Below are positions 18,961-31,640 of a stretch of 64,000 nt of DNA, piece by piece; within the stretch, counting starts at the first letter, position 1; the number at the start of each line of letters is the position of its first letter. The position numbers and the translations under genes are program-made. The stretch spans positions 4,149 to 68,148 of the forward strand of contig OMYS01000002.1 of the NCBI GenBank assembly GCA_900315305.1. Direction: 5' to 3'. The DNA is from an uncultured Eubacteriales bacterium. Its GTDB lineage: Bacteria > Bacillota > Clostridia > Lachnospirales > Lachnospiraceae. The notes beneath the pieces are model-generated. The model had not been told where the DNA came from. It saw only the letters and a list, made by a program, of their open reading frames with translations, and searched no databases.

Positions 18961-20550
18961 ATGAAAATCATGATCAACTGGAAAAACTTTGATGAGCTTG
19001 CGGCATATGATGAGCTGAAAAAGACGACTCCTGTCAATCTGAAGGAAGTCATGTCCGGCGAGAACGGCGCTGAACGTGTCAAAAAGTACAGCGTTCCGAT
19101 GGCTGAAGGCTTCACATACAACTACGCGGCAAAGGCAGTCGATGACGACATCCTCGCGGTCCTTGTCAAGCTTGCCGATGAGGCACAGCTCGCTGAAAAA
19201 TATGAGGATCTTTACAACGGCGATGTGATCAACACAGGCGAGAAGCGCCTTGTTCTTCATCAGCTCTGCAGAGGCCAGCTCGGCAAGGACGTCATCGCGG
19301 ACGGCGTGAACAAGAGAGACTTCTATGTTGAGCAGCAGAAGAGAATCGCTGATTTCGCAAATAAGGTCCATGCGGGCGAGATCGCAAATGAGAAGGGCGA
19401 GAAGTTCACGACGGCAGTTCAGATCGGTATCGGCGGTTCCGACCTCGGCCCGAGAGCTATGTACCTCGCACTTGAGAACTGGGCGAAGAAGAACGGCAAG
19501 TTCAAGATGGAAGCGAAGTTCATTTCCAATGTTGATCCGGACGATGCATCTGCTGTCCTCGCTTCGGTCGATGTTGAGCATTCCCTGTTCATTCTCGTCT
19601 CTAAGTCAGGAACGACACTTGAGACACTGACAAACCAGTCATTTGTCATGGATGCGCTGAAGAAGGCGGGCCTCGATCCGGCAAAGCACATGATCGCCGT
19701 CACATCCGAGACATCTCCGCTCGCACACAGCGACGCATATCTCGACGCATTCTTCATGGATGACTATATCGGCGGCCGTTACTCCTCCTCCTCAGCAGTA
19801 GGCGGAGCGGTTCTCTCACTGGCATTCGGCCCGGATGTATTCGCGGACTTCCTCGAGGGCGCGGCTGCAGAGGACAGAATGGCGAAGGAGAAGGACCCGC
19901 TGAAGAACGCAGATATGCTTGATGCGCTGATCGGCGTCTATGAGCGCAATATTCTCGGCATGCCGGCGACAGCTGTTCTGCCGTACTCACAGGCACTGTC
20001 CCGCTTCCCGGCACATCTTCAGCAGCTCGACATGGAGTCAAACGGCAAGTCCGTCAACCGTTTCGGTCAGCCGGTCGACTATGTGACAGGACCGATCATC
20101 TTCGGCGAGCCCGGCACAAACGGCCAGCATTCCTTCTATCAGCTGCTTCATCAGGGCAAGACGATTGTCCCGCTTCAGTTCGTCGGCTACAAGAACAGCC
20201 AGCTCGCGAACGATGTCGTGATCGAGGGAACAACGAGCCAGCAGAAGCTGAAGGCAAATGTCGCCGCTCAGATCGTTGCATTCGCGTGCGGCAAGTCTGA
20301 CGAGAACCTCAACAAGAACTTCGAGGGCGGCCGTCCGTCCAGCATCATCATCGGCGATCAGGTCAATCCGCGCACACTCGGCGCTCTGCTCGCTCATTTT
20401 GAGAACAAGGTCATGTTCCAGGGCTTCGTCTGGAACGTGAACAGCTTCGACCAGGAAGGCGTTCAGCTCGGCAAGAAGCTCGCGAAGAGAGTCCTTGCCC
20501 GTGATACAGAGGGTGCCCTCACAGTTTACAGCGATCTGCTTGGAATCTGA
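18961..20550 (+). CDS. pgi: Glucose-6-phosphate isomerase
   Basis: IGIGGSDLGP, SKSGTTLET, IGGRYS, QQLDMESNGK, FDQEGVQLGK; RBS GGGAGG before 18961. Confidence 0.95.
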   Translation: MKIMINWKNFDELAAYDELKKTTPVNLKEVMSGENGAERVKKYSVPMAEGFTYNYAAKAVDDDILAVLVKLADEAQLAEKYEDLYNGDVINTGEKRLVLHQLCRGQLGKDVIADGVNKRDFYVEQQKRIADFANKVHAGEIANEKGEKFTTAVQIGIGGSDLGPRAMYLALENWAKKNGKFKMEAKFISNVDPDDASAVLASVDVEHSLFILVSKSGTTLETLTNQSFVMDALKKAGLDPAKHMIAVTSETSPLAHSDAYLDAFFMDDYIGGRYSSSSAVGGAVLSLAFGPDVFADFLEGAAAEDRMAKEKDPLKNADMLDALIGVYERNILGMPATAVLPYSQALSRFPAHLQQLDMESNGKSVNRFGQPVDYVTGPIIFGEPGTNGQHSFYQLLHQGKTIVPLQFVGYKNSQLANDVVIEGTTSQQKLKANVAAQIVAFACGKSDENLNKNFEGGRPSSIIIGDQVNPRTLGALLAHFENKVMFQGFVWNVNSFDQEGVQLGKKLAKRVLARDTEGALTVYSDLLGI

Positions 20551-20565
20551 TCAGGCAGACATGAT

Positions 20566-21528
20566 ATGTATGTACGGGACCGCCGCCTTACGCAGCGGTC
20601 CCGTCTGAAATTCGAGGTATTTCTATTGGCGGAAAATGCAAGTCTTGCGAACTCTCTCGCCGAGCTGAGGCGCCTGACAGGGCTCGATCTCAGACTGGCG
20701 GATGATTCGGACACAGATGAGGAGACCGGCGAGAGGCTGCGGATGCTCGTCGGCGCCTATCGTGAAAAATACGACCGCGGCAGCTTTGTCCGGTCTCTGC
20801 TGCGCGGTGAAATTCCGGAGGCGGACCTCTACACGAGGGCAGCTCATTTTCATCTGCAGGAGGATGGACGGTGGATCCTCTACGTCATCGAATGCGAATC
20901 GGGCGTTGAGGATGCGGCCAAGGTCATGAAGCATCTGTTTGTCACACAGTCGTCGGACCTTCTGGTCACACTGGACAGCCATCGGCTTGCGCTTCTGAAG
21001 ACGGCGCGGTCGAAAATGAAGCCCGGTCTGGAGGCGCACACGATTGTCGACATGCTGAACACGGAGGCGATGATCGCCGCGCGCGTCGGATTTGAGCCGG
21101 TGCCGCGGGCACTCGCGGATATGCCGCGGGCCTGCCGGGAGGCGGGGCTCTCCCTTGAGATCGGCCGGATTTTCTATGGCAATGAAACAGTGCTTCAGTA
21201 CTCGAAGCTCGGAATCGGCCGGCTGATTCACGACCTTCCGGACGAGACGTGCCGGCTGTTCCTCAGTGAGGTGTTCGGGGACGGCAGCCCGGATGACTTC
21301 GATGATGAGACAGTCGCGATCATCAATGCATTTTTTGAAAATAATCTCAATATTTCCGAGACAGCAAGACAGCTGTACGTTCACCGCAATACGCTGGTCT
21401 ACAGGCTCGAAAAGCTCCGCCAGGCGACGGGACTTGACCTCAGGGTCTTTGACGACGCGGTCGAGCTGAAGCTTGCGATGATGGTGAACGCCTGCATGAA
21501 AGAGCGGGAAGCCAAGAGAAAGAACTGA
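20566..21528 (+). CDS. PucR/CdaR family transcriptional regulator
   Basis: C-terminal NLNISETARQLYVHRNTLVYRLEK..TGLDL HTH. Confidence 0.9.
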   Translation: MYVRDRRLTQRSRLKFEVFLLAENASLANSLAELRRLTGLDLRLADDSDTDEETGERLRMLVGAYREKYDRGSFVRSLLRGEIPEADLYTRAAHFHLQEDGRWILYVIECESGVEDAAKVMKHLFVTQSSDLLVTLDSHRLALLKTARSKMKPGLEAHTIVDMLNTEAMIAARVGFEPVPRALADMPRACREAGLSLEIGRIFYGNETVLQYSKLGIGRLIHDLPDETCRLFLSEVFGDGSPDDFDDETVAIINAFFENNLNISETARQLYVHRNTLVYRLEKLRQATGLDLRVFDDAVELKLAMMVNACMKEREAKRKN

Positions 21529-21645
21529 CCCTACCTGATGGACAGGTTCTGGGGGCCATGAACACCTGTCTGCCGGACAGGCAGAGCAGGTCATAAGAGA
21601 ATTCATTTGACAGAGACGATATAAAAAAAACGAGGAGGATAATTT

Positions 21646-23907
21646 ATGAAACTTCACGACGGAGGCGTTTATCTTCTGCACGGCACGGAGCTTGCGGAAG
21701 AGAATCCGATCGGCGCGGCTGAGGCGAAGAAGGGCACGATGGCCTATGGAATCCTGAAGGCCCACAACACGTCGGATTCTATGACGGACCTTAAGATTAA
21801 ATTCGATGCGCTGACTTCCCATGATATCACCTATGTCGGCATTATTCAGACGGCGAGAGCGTCGGGACTTGAGAAGTTCCCGCTGCCATATATCCTGACG
21901 AACTGTCACAATTCGCTGTGCGCAGTCGGCGGAACAATCAATGAGGATGATCACATGTTCGGCCTGACGGCCGCAAAGAAGTACGGCGGCGTCTATGTCC
22001 CGCCGATGCAGGCCGTGATCCATCAGTATGCGCGTGAGATGCTCGCCGGCGGCGGAAAGATGATCCTCGGCTCCGATTCCCACACCAGATACGGTGCGCT
22101 GGGAACCATGGCTATGGGCGAGGGCGGACCGGAGCTCGTCAAGCAGCTGCTGAACCGTACCTATGACATCAAGATGCCGGGCGTTGTCGCTGTCTATCTG
22201 ACAGGCGATGTGCAGCCGGGCGTCGGTCCGCAGGATATCGCGCTCGCGATCATCGGCGCGGTCTTCAAGAACGGCTATGTCAAGAACAAGGTCATGGAGT
22301 TCGTCGGACCGGGCGTGAAGAACCTGTCCATGGATTACCGGATCGGCGTCGATGTCATGACGACGGAGACGACCTGCCTCTCCTCAATCTGGACGACGGA
22401 TGCAAAGACGGAGGAGTACCTCGCGATCCACGGCCGTCCGGAGGACTACAAGGAGCTGGAGCCGGCTGACGTCGCGTACTACGACGGTTGCATCGAGATC
22501 GACCTCGGCACGATCAAGCCGATGATCGCTCTGCCGTATCATCCGAGCATGGCATTTACAATCGATGAGGTAAATGCAGATCCGTACGATTTCCTGAAGG
22601 CGACGGAAGAGCGCGCGAAGGTTTCATTTGGCGATAAGGTCAAGGTGGACCTCGTCTCCAAGATTCATAACGGAAAGATCCAGGTCGACCAGGGCATCAT
22701 TGCAGGCTGCGCGGGCGGTGGCTTCGAGAACATCTGCGACGCCGCGGACATCCTGCGCGGAAAGAGCATCGGCTCCGGCGCGTTCACACTGAATGTCTAC
22801 CCGGCATCCATGCCGATCTTCAAGGAGCTCGTGAAGAACGGCGTCTTCTCTGACCTGATCGAGACAGGCGCAGTCATCAAGACGGCCTTCTGCGGACCGT
22901 GCTTCGGCGCCGGCGACACACCGGCAAACAATGCGTTCTCGATCCGTCACTCGACGCGCAACTTCCCGAACCGCGAGGGCTCGAAGGTCCAGGAGGGTCA
23001 GATTTCCTCCGTCGCGCTGATGGACGCGCGCTCAATCGCAGCGACCGCAGCGAACAAGGGCATTCTGACCTCGGCTCAGGAGTACACGGGCGATTACACG
23101 AAGCCGAAGTATTTCTTCGATTCTCAGATCTATGCGAACCGCGTCTTCGACAGCCACGGCGTCGCGGATCCGGACACAGAGCTTCAGCTCGGCCCGAACA
23201 TCAAGGACTGGCCGAATATGGCGGAGCTTCCGGAGAACCTTCTGCTCAAGGTTGTCTCTGAGATCCATGATCCGGTCACGACAACCGATGAGCTGATTCC
23301 GTCCGGTGAGACATCCTCCTACCGCTCGAACCCGCTCAGACTGGCATCCTTTGCCCTGTCCAGAAAGGACCCGGCTTATGTCGGCCGCGCGAAGGAGGTA
23401 CAGAAGGGTGAGAAGGCAATCGAGGAAGGAAAGGACCCGGTCCAGGCAGTTCCGGAGGTCGGCGCTGTCGCCGAGACAGTCCGCGGTGCATTTGCAGATA
23501 TGGATTTCTCGAACACGGGCATCGGCTCCACGATCTTTGCTGTGAAGCCGGGCGACGGCTCTGCGCGCGAGCAGGCCGCCTCCTGCCAGAAGGTCCTCGG
23601 CGGATGGGCGAATATCGCAAATGAATACGCGACGAAGCGCTATCGCTCGAACCTCATTAACTGGGGCATGCTGCCGTTCCTGTTCGCAGGCGACGACAAG
23701 GAACTTCCGTTCGCAAATGGCGACTGGCTGTTCATTCCGGGCGTGAAGAAGGCTGTCGAGGAGAAGGCGCCGGAAATTTCCGCATACACGGTCAGAGACG
23801 GGAAGCTTGAGAAATTCGCTCTGACGCTCGGTGATCTGACGGATGATGAGCGCGAGATCATCACGGACGGCTGCCTGATCAACTACTACAGAAAGCATCA
23901 GGTATAA
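21646..23907 (+). CDS. Aconitase-family (YbhJ-like) hydratase
   Basis: GSDSHTR, GCAGG and CGPCFG Fe-S ligands, [25 protein letters not shown] swivel domain. Confidence 0.88.
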   Translation: MKLHDGGVYLLHGTELAEENPIGAAEAKKGTMAYGILKAHNTSDSMTDLKIKFDALTSHDITYVGIIQTARASGLEKFPLPYILTNCHNSLCAVGGTINEDDHMFGLTAAKKYGGVYVPPMQAVIHQYAREMLAGGGKMILGSDSHTRYGALGTMAMGEGGPELVKQLLNRTYDIKMPGVVAVYLTGDVQPGVGPQDIALAIIGAVFKNGYVKNKVMEFVGPGVKNLSMDYRIGVDVMTTETTCLSSIWTTDAKTEEYLAIHGRPEDYKELEPADVAYYDGCIEIDLGTIKPMIALPYHPSMAFTIDEVNADPYDFLKATEERAKVSFGDKVKVDLVSKIHNGKIQVDQGIIAGCAGGGFENICDAADILRGKSIGSGAFTLNVYPASMPIFKELVKNGVFSDLIETGAVIKTAFCGPCFGAGDTPANNAFSIRHSTRNFPNREGSKVQEGQISSVALMDARSIAATAANKGILTSAQEYTGDYTKPKYFFDSQIYANRVFDSHGVADPDTELQLGPNIKDWPNMAELPENLLLKVVSEIHDPVTTTDELIPSGETSSYRSNPLRLASFALSRKDPAYVGRAKEVQKGEKAIEEGKDPVQAVPEVGAVAETVRGAFADMDFSNTGIGSTIFAVKPGDGSAREQAASCQKVLGGWANIANEYATKRYRSNLINWGMLPFLFAGDDKELPFANGDWLFIPGVKKAVEEKAPEISAYTVRDGKLEKFALTLGDLTDDEREIITDGCLINYYRKHQV

Positions 23908-24351
23908 ATGGACAAGTTCATTCTGCTGTTCGGCTTTGATGATGAAAAGGGGCGGGAGCAGGCTTCCGCTCTTGCCTCGAAGGCGAAGATCCTCGATATC
24001 GGGATCCGGGCAGTCGGGCCGGACCGGTACGACGCTCCGCTGTTTTCGCTTACGGATGAGACTCCTGATAATCAGGCTTCATCAAACCATGCAGAAAGTA
24101 TGCACGGCGCGGGAGGCCGGAGAAAGGGCCGCGGGACGCCTGTCCGCGGCTCACTTCCCTGCCGGATGCTGGTCCTCGGCGGGATCGAGGACGCCGATCT
24201 TGATTTTCTCCTTCCGATGATCGGCAGCTGCGGAATTACGCAGAACGACCTCAAGGCAATGCTCACGCCGACAAATGCGGTGTGGACGCCGCGCAGGCTC
24301 TGCACGGAGCTGGCCGGTGAGCACGCGGCCATGTGGAAGGACAGGCGGTAA
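23908..24351 (+). CDS. DUF3783-like protein with low-complexity insertion
   Basis: ILLFGF..., KAMLTPTNAVWTPRRLCTELAGEH; abuts the hydratase stop. Confidence 0.7.
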   Translation: MDKFILLFGFDDEKGREQASALASKAKILDIGIRAVGPDRYDAPLFSLTDETPDNQASSNHAESMHGAGGRRKGRGTPVRGSLPCRMLVLGGIEDADLDFLLPMIGSCGITQNDLKAMLTPTNAVWTPRRLCTELAGEHAAMWKDRR

Positions 24352-24380
24352 TTGTTACAAATCAGGTGCTGAATAATTAC
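24348..24380. repeat. REP/MITE-like element, short copy (F)
   Basis: gtgctgaataattac (24366-24380) is the exact reverse complement of the left end of copy C (44702-44716). Confidence 0.6.
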
Positions 24381-24388
24381 CAAATTAG

Positions 24389-24432
24389 AAAGCCTCTGTC
24401 ATGCAGCTCAGACTGCCTGGCAGAGGCTTTTT
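24389..24432 (+). terminator. Intrinsic terminator of the hydratase operon
   Basis: aaagcctctgtca/tggcagaggcttt stem, inner gcag/ctgc, T-tract. Confidence 0.8.
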
Positions 24433-24560
24433 TATGAGTGTGCTATGTATTTTTACACGAACAAAATTGTCCGAGTCGATCGAATTGTTGAAAAAATATC
24501 AGACAATATAAACAAATCAAGATTGTAGAAAGGAAAACGAAAAATTCTTGTAAAAATGAC

Positions 24561-24589
24561 TTGACAATTGTGTTAAGCGGGGGTATAGT
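24561..24589 (+). promoter_or_regulatory. Near-consensus sigma-A promoter with A-rich UP region
   Basis: TTGACA (24561-66), 17-nt spacer, TATAGT (24584-89); A-tracts upstream. Confidence 0.85.
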
Positions 24590-24595
24590 ACAAGT

Positions 24596-25958
24596 AACAA
24601 AGGAAATGAAGAACAAATTCCTCATTTCCGAAACATCACCTGAAAGAGAAGCTTCAAGAAAAGATTTCGGATGTGGTTAATCCGAAAAGCTCCCAGGACT
24701 AGTTATAAGACGAGAAGGGAGAATCAGAAGGAAAAGCTTCCATCAGGAACCAGCAGAGAAAGGAGGGCGAAGTCCAGTGGATACGTTAGAAGATCCGATC
24801 TACAAAGCTCCCCAATATGATAAAGGCAGAATCGGCAGTTCCCGACAGTGAAAGCCTTTTCTCTGAACGGTATAGTGTATACCAGAAATAATCAGTGAGA
24901 TTATAATTCATAACCGAAAAGGTAAATATCGAGCCGGTTAGTCATATTGTGGTACCTGCTGAAGAAAAACGAATTGTCTCAGCTATCTGACAGAAAGCCA
25001 TGAGTCCAGATGATCCAGGAGATCGAGGTTACAGGCCGACGGTGTTCAGAAGCTGAAAGATATCAGTTCATTTTTCGGAATATCGATGATCGACGTTCAA
25101 GTAATCAACCTGACAGTTATCTTGAGAGGAAGATTTGAGGAAGAGCCGAAGAGGAAATATCAGAAGGAGAAATCCGATGAAGAGAATTCCGAAAAAGCTT
25201 TGAAGAATTGGAATCTGAAGAGGTCCTGGGACAGAAATTCCGATGAGTGATCGGAGGAAGAGAAATCCTGAGGATGGAATCCGAAGAGAAAATCCGAGGA
25301 AGATTCGAGGATGAGAAAATCGGAGGGTGTTATTTCAGAAGATCGATTTTATCGGTCCCGTGAACAATGGAAAGTCAGTACCGGTAGTATTGACGAGTGT
25401 GGTTGCGGAATTGGATGAAAGATTCGAGGAACAATATCCAAAGAATGATCAATCTGAAGAAAGAATCCGAAGAAAAGAATCGAAGTTCATGCTGAGAGCC
25501 GTAAAGAAGAGGAATCAGATGCAGTGTCTGGCGGATGAGGAATCAGGAAACGGTTGAAGTCAGGAAATGATGAATACAAGCGACATCGAAAAAGTGATAT
25601 TAAATTTCTAAAATCTAAGAGATGAGCCGGGAATAAAAATAAACCTTCAGATATAGATTCAGAATCAATGCAGCGGATCCCGTAGTTAGACTCCTTCATA
25701 AGGAGATGCAAAAGGTCAGAGGAATCGGGAAACTTCGAGTACAGTCGCGAAAGCGAATAGTGAAAGAAGGCAGAACAGCCTGAGAAATCTGATATCCACA
25801 AGAAGCAAAGAAACGAGATTTCGAGTACGTGACGAGAATCTTACAAGGCAACATTGTTCAATGAGAAAGGAATTCTTAATTGAATAACGAAGAGAATTAG
25901 GCGGCCGCCGTATTTAGCAGATAAGAATGTTAAGTGCGACGGCCGTCTTCTTTTTTTT
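24596..25958 (+). ncRNA. Candidate large (~1.36 kb) structured non-coding RNA
   Basis: Promoter-to-terminator unit with no credible ORF, strong purine skew, lower GC than its flanks and many local hairpins (see findings). Transcription and RNA function are inferred. Confidence 0.55.
25899..25958 (+). terminator. Long intrinsic terminator closing the candidate ncRNA
   Basis: aggcggccg-c-cgtatttagca / tgttaagtgcg-a-cggccgtct (about 20 bp with G-U pairs), then 8 T at 25951-58. Confidence 0.85.
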
Positions 25959-26083
25959 GTCTAATTCTGGTAAACAACGATATGAAAGTGTATTTGTGGT
26001 TCCGGATCGATCGCGTTAATATGTAGAGGGTGCATGACAGACAGCTGCCCTGCATGAAGAGGATAGAGAGTGGGAGAGGACAT

Positions 26084-26893
26084 ATGGCTGGTTTTGATCC
26101 GAAAAAAGATATTGTATATGAGGACGAGAGCATTCTCGTTGTGAACAAGCCTGCGGGACTGGCGGTCCAGACCCGGCGGGTGACAACCGATGACCTTGAG
26201 AGCGCGCTTCGCCGGTACCTCGGCGGAACGTGCTCTTTGTACGTTCTGCACCGTCTGGACCAGCCAGTCGAGGGCTTGCTTGTTTTTGCGAAGACAAAGA
26301 AGGCCGCTGCATCACTCAGCAGACAGCTGACGGATGGCCGGATGCACAAGGTTTACCGCGCAAGGGTTGACGGGACCATTCCGGCAGAAGAGGGGACGCT
26401 GACAGATTGGCTGATTCACGACGCGAGAAAGAATGTCACGCGAGTCGTGGACGAGAGGCTGGTCCGCGGCGCGAGAAAGAACGTCACACGGGTCGTGGAT
26501 GAGAGGCTGATCCACGACACGGGAAAGAATGTCACGCGGATCGTGGATAAGAATGAAACTCCCGCGTGTGACACTGCGGGAACTGCAGATTATGCGCGCC
26601 GCAGCAAGAAGCCTGCAGGTGGAAGCGGCTCAGCTGTCCGCGGCGCAAAAAAGGCCGTCCTCACATACCGTAAGATCAGCGCTGATGAGGTGGAGATTGA
26701 GCTTCAGACGGGACGGCCGCACCAGATTCGGGCCCAGCTTGCGCACGCGGGCATGCCGATCCGCGGGGATCAGAAATACGGGCACGGCATGAACAAGTCG
26801 AAGCTGTATCTGAGCGCGTGCCGCCTCTCATTTGTCCATCCGGAGACAGGAGAGAAGAAAACCTTCGCGATCGAGCCATTTGAGCGCGGCTGA
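26084..26893 (+). CDS. RluA family pseudouridine synthase with repeat insertion
   Basis: VNKPAGL, HRLDQPVEG catalytic Asp, LQTGRPHQIRAQL, IRGDQKYG, LSACRLSFVHP. Confidence 0.9.
   Translation: MAGFDPKKDIVYEDESILVVNKPAGLAVQTRRVTTDDLESALRRYLGGTCSLYVLHRLDQPVEGLLVFAKTKKAAASLSRQLTDGRMHKVYRARVDGTIPAEEGTLTDWLIHDARKNVTRVVDERLVRGARKNVTRVVDERLIHDTGKNVTRIVDKNETPACDTAGTADYARRSKKPAGGSGSAVRGAKKAVLTYRKISADEVEIELQTGRPHQIRAQLAHAGMPIRGDQKYGHGMNKSKLYLSACRLSFVHPETGEKKTFAIEPFERG
26411..26554 (+). repeat. In-frame 48-bp tandem repeat x3 (16-aa units)
   Basis: LIHDARKNVTRVVDER / LVRGARKNVTRVVDER / LIHDTGKNVTRIVDKN. Confidence 0.9.
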
Positions 26894-27139
26894 TGCCGCT
26901 GATGAACACATCCGCTGATGCGCAGGCGTGCCGGGTCTTGTGCACTGCGGCCGGGACTTATGCAGCAAAAATAAAGTAAGAAATAATGGATACAGACCTG
27001 AGAAAATGTACATAATCATTATATGCGGATGCGCAGGTCAGCACATGTACTGAAAAAGTGCATAGTATATTGCGGGTAATTGTGGTAATATTAAACATAT
27101 TGTTACTGACGTAATGAGCTAAGGAAGGCGGTAGGACAG

Positions 27140-27451
27140 ATGATAGAAGATACCATCAAGGCTGTCAAGGAGGCCGAGAAGCAGGCCAGCCAGATAGCGG
27201 CCGATGCCGAGGTGAAGGCCAATGAACTGCTGAAGAAGGCCGACAGCGATGCGGAGGGAATCCGCGAGGAATCGAAGAAGGCATCACGCATTGCCTATGA
27301 GGAACGCATGGAACAGGCAAAGGCTGACGGCGCCAAGGTTCTTGAAAAGGCTGACGCGGACGACCGGAAGGCGGCGGAGGACCTGAAAAAGCAGGCTTCA
27401 CTGAAGGAACGGGAGGCCGTGCAGGCCGTTATTGATGCCGTTCTGGCCTGA
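27140..27451 (+). CDS. V/A-type ATPase peripheral stalk subunit G/H
   Basis: Charged coiled coil IKAVKEAEKQA...; first gene of the V-ATPase operon. Confidence 0.8.
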   Translation: MIEDTIKAVKEAEKQASQIAADAEVKANELLKKADSDAEGIREESKKASRIAYEERMEQAKADGAKVLEKADADDRKAAEDLKKQASLKEREAVQAVIDAVLA

Positions 27452-27558
27452 AAAAGGACAGACAGTCATTGGCGGATTCGGCGAAGCAGCGCGACAAAGC
27501 TTGTAACGCTGCGGAGCATACAGGCCGCATGATCAGCTGACAGGAGGTGAGATTTTGC

Positions 27559-30047
<2,489 letters not shown>

Positions 30048-30062
30048 GGAGAAGGCAAAGTA

Positions 30063-30653
30063 ATGGCAGGAGCAGAAAACATTGTCAATGAGATCCTGCG
30101 GGAGGCCCGGGAGAAGGCGGACGGCACGCTGTCTGAGGCGAAGCGGAAGGCGGATATGACCGTCTCTTCCGCACATGCGGACGGAGTGGCCGAGATGTCC
30201 GCGGCTGCCGAGAGGGCGGAGAAAGCTGCCTCGGACTACGCGAAGCGCGTAGAGTCCCAGGTGGGGCTTCGCAGACGTCAGGCGCTCCTCTCTGCCAGAC
30301 AGGATATCATTGAGACAGTTATTGAGAAGGCATATCAGACGCTGAGCAGCCAGAGCGACGAGGCATATTTCGAGATGATCGAGAAGCTCGTCGGGCGGTA
30401 CGCGCAGCCGGAGAAGGGCGAGATTTTGTTCTCCGCCCGTGATCTCGGGCGGCTTCCGGACGGCCTCACTGCGGCTGTGGAGAAGGCGGCGGCCGGACGG
30501 GGAGGGAGTCTTACGGTATCAGAGACCCCGGCCGGAATCGAGAACGGCTTCATCCTGCGCTACGGCGGAATTGAAGAGAACTGCACGCTGGAGGCGCTGT
30601 TCGACGATAAAATCGACGAGCTCCGCGACAGGGTGCGCGAGGTACTTTGGTAA
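30063..30653 (+). CDS. ntpE: V/A-type ATPase subunit E
   Basis: Coiled-coil N-terminus, GFILRYGGIEENCTLE; operon position. Confidence 0.9.
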   Translation: MAGAENIVNEILREAREKADGTLSEAKRKADMTVSSAHADGVAEMSAAAERAEKAASDYAKRVESQVGLRRRQALLSARQDIIETVIEKAYQTLSSQSDEAYFEMIEKLVGRYAQPEKGEILFSARDLGRLPDGLTAAVEKAAAGRGGSLTVSETPAGIENGFILRYGGIEENCTLEALFDDKIDELRDRVREVLW

Positions 30654-30668
30654 AAAAGGAGTTCACGG

Positions 30669-31640
30669 ATGGGTGATAACAGCTATATTTATGCAGTTGC
30701 AAGGATCCGTGTGAAGGAAAAATATCTCCTCTCCGACGCTGATGTCAGCCAGATGGCCGGAATGCCGGACGCAAAGACCGTCATGGCATTTTTGACGGAC
30801 AGGGGCTGGGGAGATGCGGGCGCAGCCATGACTGCGGACGCCATGCTCGCGGCAGAGGAGGAGAAGACCCGGAAGCTCGTTCAAGAGCTTCGGATTGATC
30901 AGAGCGTATTTGACCTTCTGTCCTATCCGCAGCTGTACCACAATCTGAAGGCGGGGATCAAGGAGATCTGCACCTCAGAGGAAAATAAAAAAGCCTTTTA
31001 TCCGGATGAACGCTTTGGACGCGAACAGATTCTGAAGATCCTTGAGGAGAAAAACTGGAAGGCTCTTCCGGAGCATATGCGCGAGGCGGCTGAGAGAGCC
31101 TATGAGACGATGCTGAAGACGCGCGACGGTCAGAAGTGCGATATCATCGTTGACCGTGCCTGCCTGGAGGCAATGGAACAGGCGGGAAGAAAGTCGAAGC
31201 ATCGTGTTCTCCGCGACTACGAGGAGTCAACGGTGGCAGTCACGGACATCAAGATCGCGGCGCGCGCCCAGAAAACCGGGAAGAACCTCGCTTTTCTGAA
31301 GGAGGCGCTGGCGCCGTGTGAGCAGCTCGATGTCAGGCGGCTGGCCATAGCAGCCTCGGAGAATCAGGAGTCTCTTCTCACTTATCTTGAGGGACATGGC
31401 TTCCGGGAGGCTGCCGAGGCACTGAAGGAGTCGCCGTCCGCGTTTGAGCGCTGGTGCGACAACCGTCTCATTGAGACGATCCGCCCCCAGAAGACCAATC
31501 CGGCATCTATGGGACCGATCATTGCCTATTACCTGGCCCGTCAGAACGAAATCAAGACGGTTCGGATCATCCTCACAGCGAAGGCCAATGGCTTTTCGGA
31601 GGAAGCGACCCGGGAAAGGGTAAGGGAAATGTATGTATAA
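30669..31640 (+). CDS. ntpC: V/A-type ATPase subunit C (d)
   Basis: YIYAVARIRVKE, IIAYYLARQNEIKTVRIIL, RERVREMYV. Confidence 0.92.
   Translation: MGDNSYIYAVARIRVKEKYLLSDADVSQMAGMPDAKTVMAFLTDRGWGDAGAAMTADAMLAAEEEKTRKLVQELRIDQSVFDLLSYPQLYHNLKAGIKEICTSEENKKAFYPDERFGREQILKILEEKNWKALPEHMREAAERAYETMLKTRDGQKCDIIVDRACLEAMEQAGRKSKHRVLRDYEESTVAVTDIKIAARAQKTGKNLAFLKEALAPCEQLDVRRLAIAASENQESLLTYLEGHGFREAAEALKESPSAFERWCDNRLIETIRPQKTNPASMGPIIAYYLARQNEIKTVRIILTAKANGFSEEATRERVREMYV

Noticed and set aside
25327-25801. ORFs 25327-25557 (+, 76 aa) and 25487-25801 (-, 104 aa) inside the candidate ncRNA
   Set aside because: No properly spaced RBS, composition simply mirrors the purine skew, no motifs, and together they cover only a fraction of the unit. 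Ribo-seq would be decisive.
24596-25958. CsrB-like sponge idea based on many GGA triplets (about 38 by hand count)
   Set aside because: My rough estimate from the region's high A and G content predicts about the same number, so there is no evident enrichment; most are not in hairpin loops.
24561-25958. rRNA operon or tRNA cluster (rRNA-like strong promoter; gcgaaagcga and gagagccg snippets)
   Set aside because: No recognisable 16S, 23S or 5S conserved blocks and no tRNA cloverleaf or T-loop; the resemblances are only 8-10 nt.
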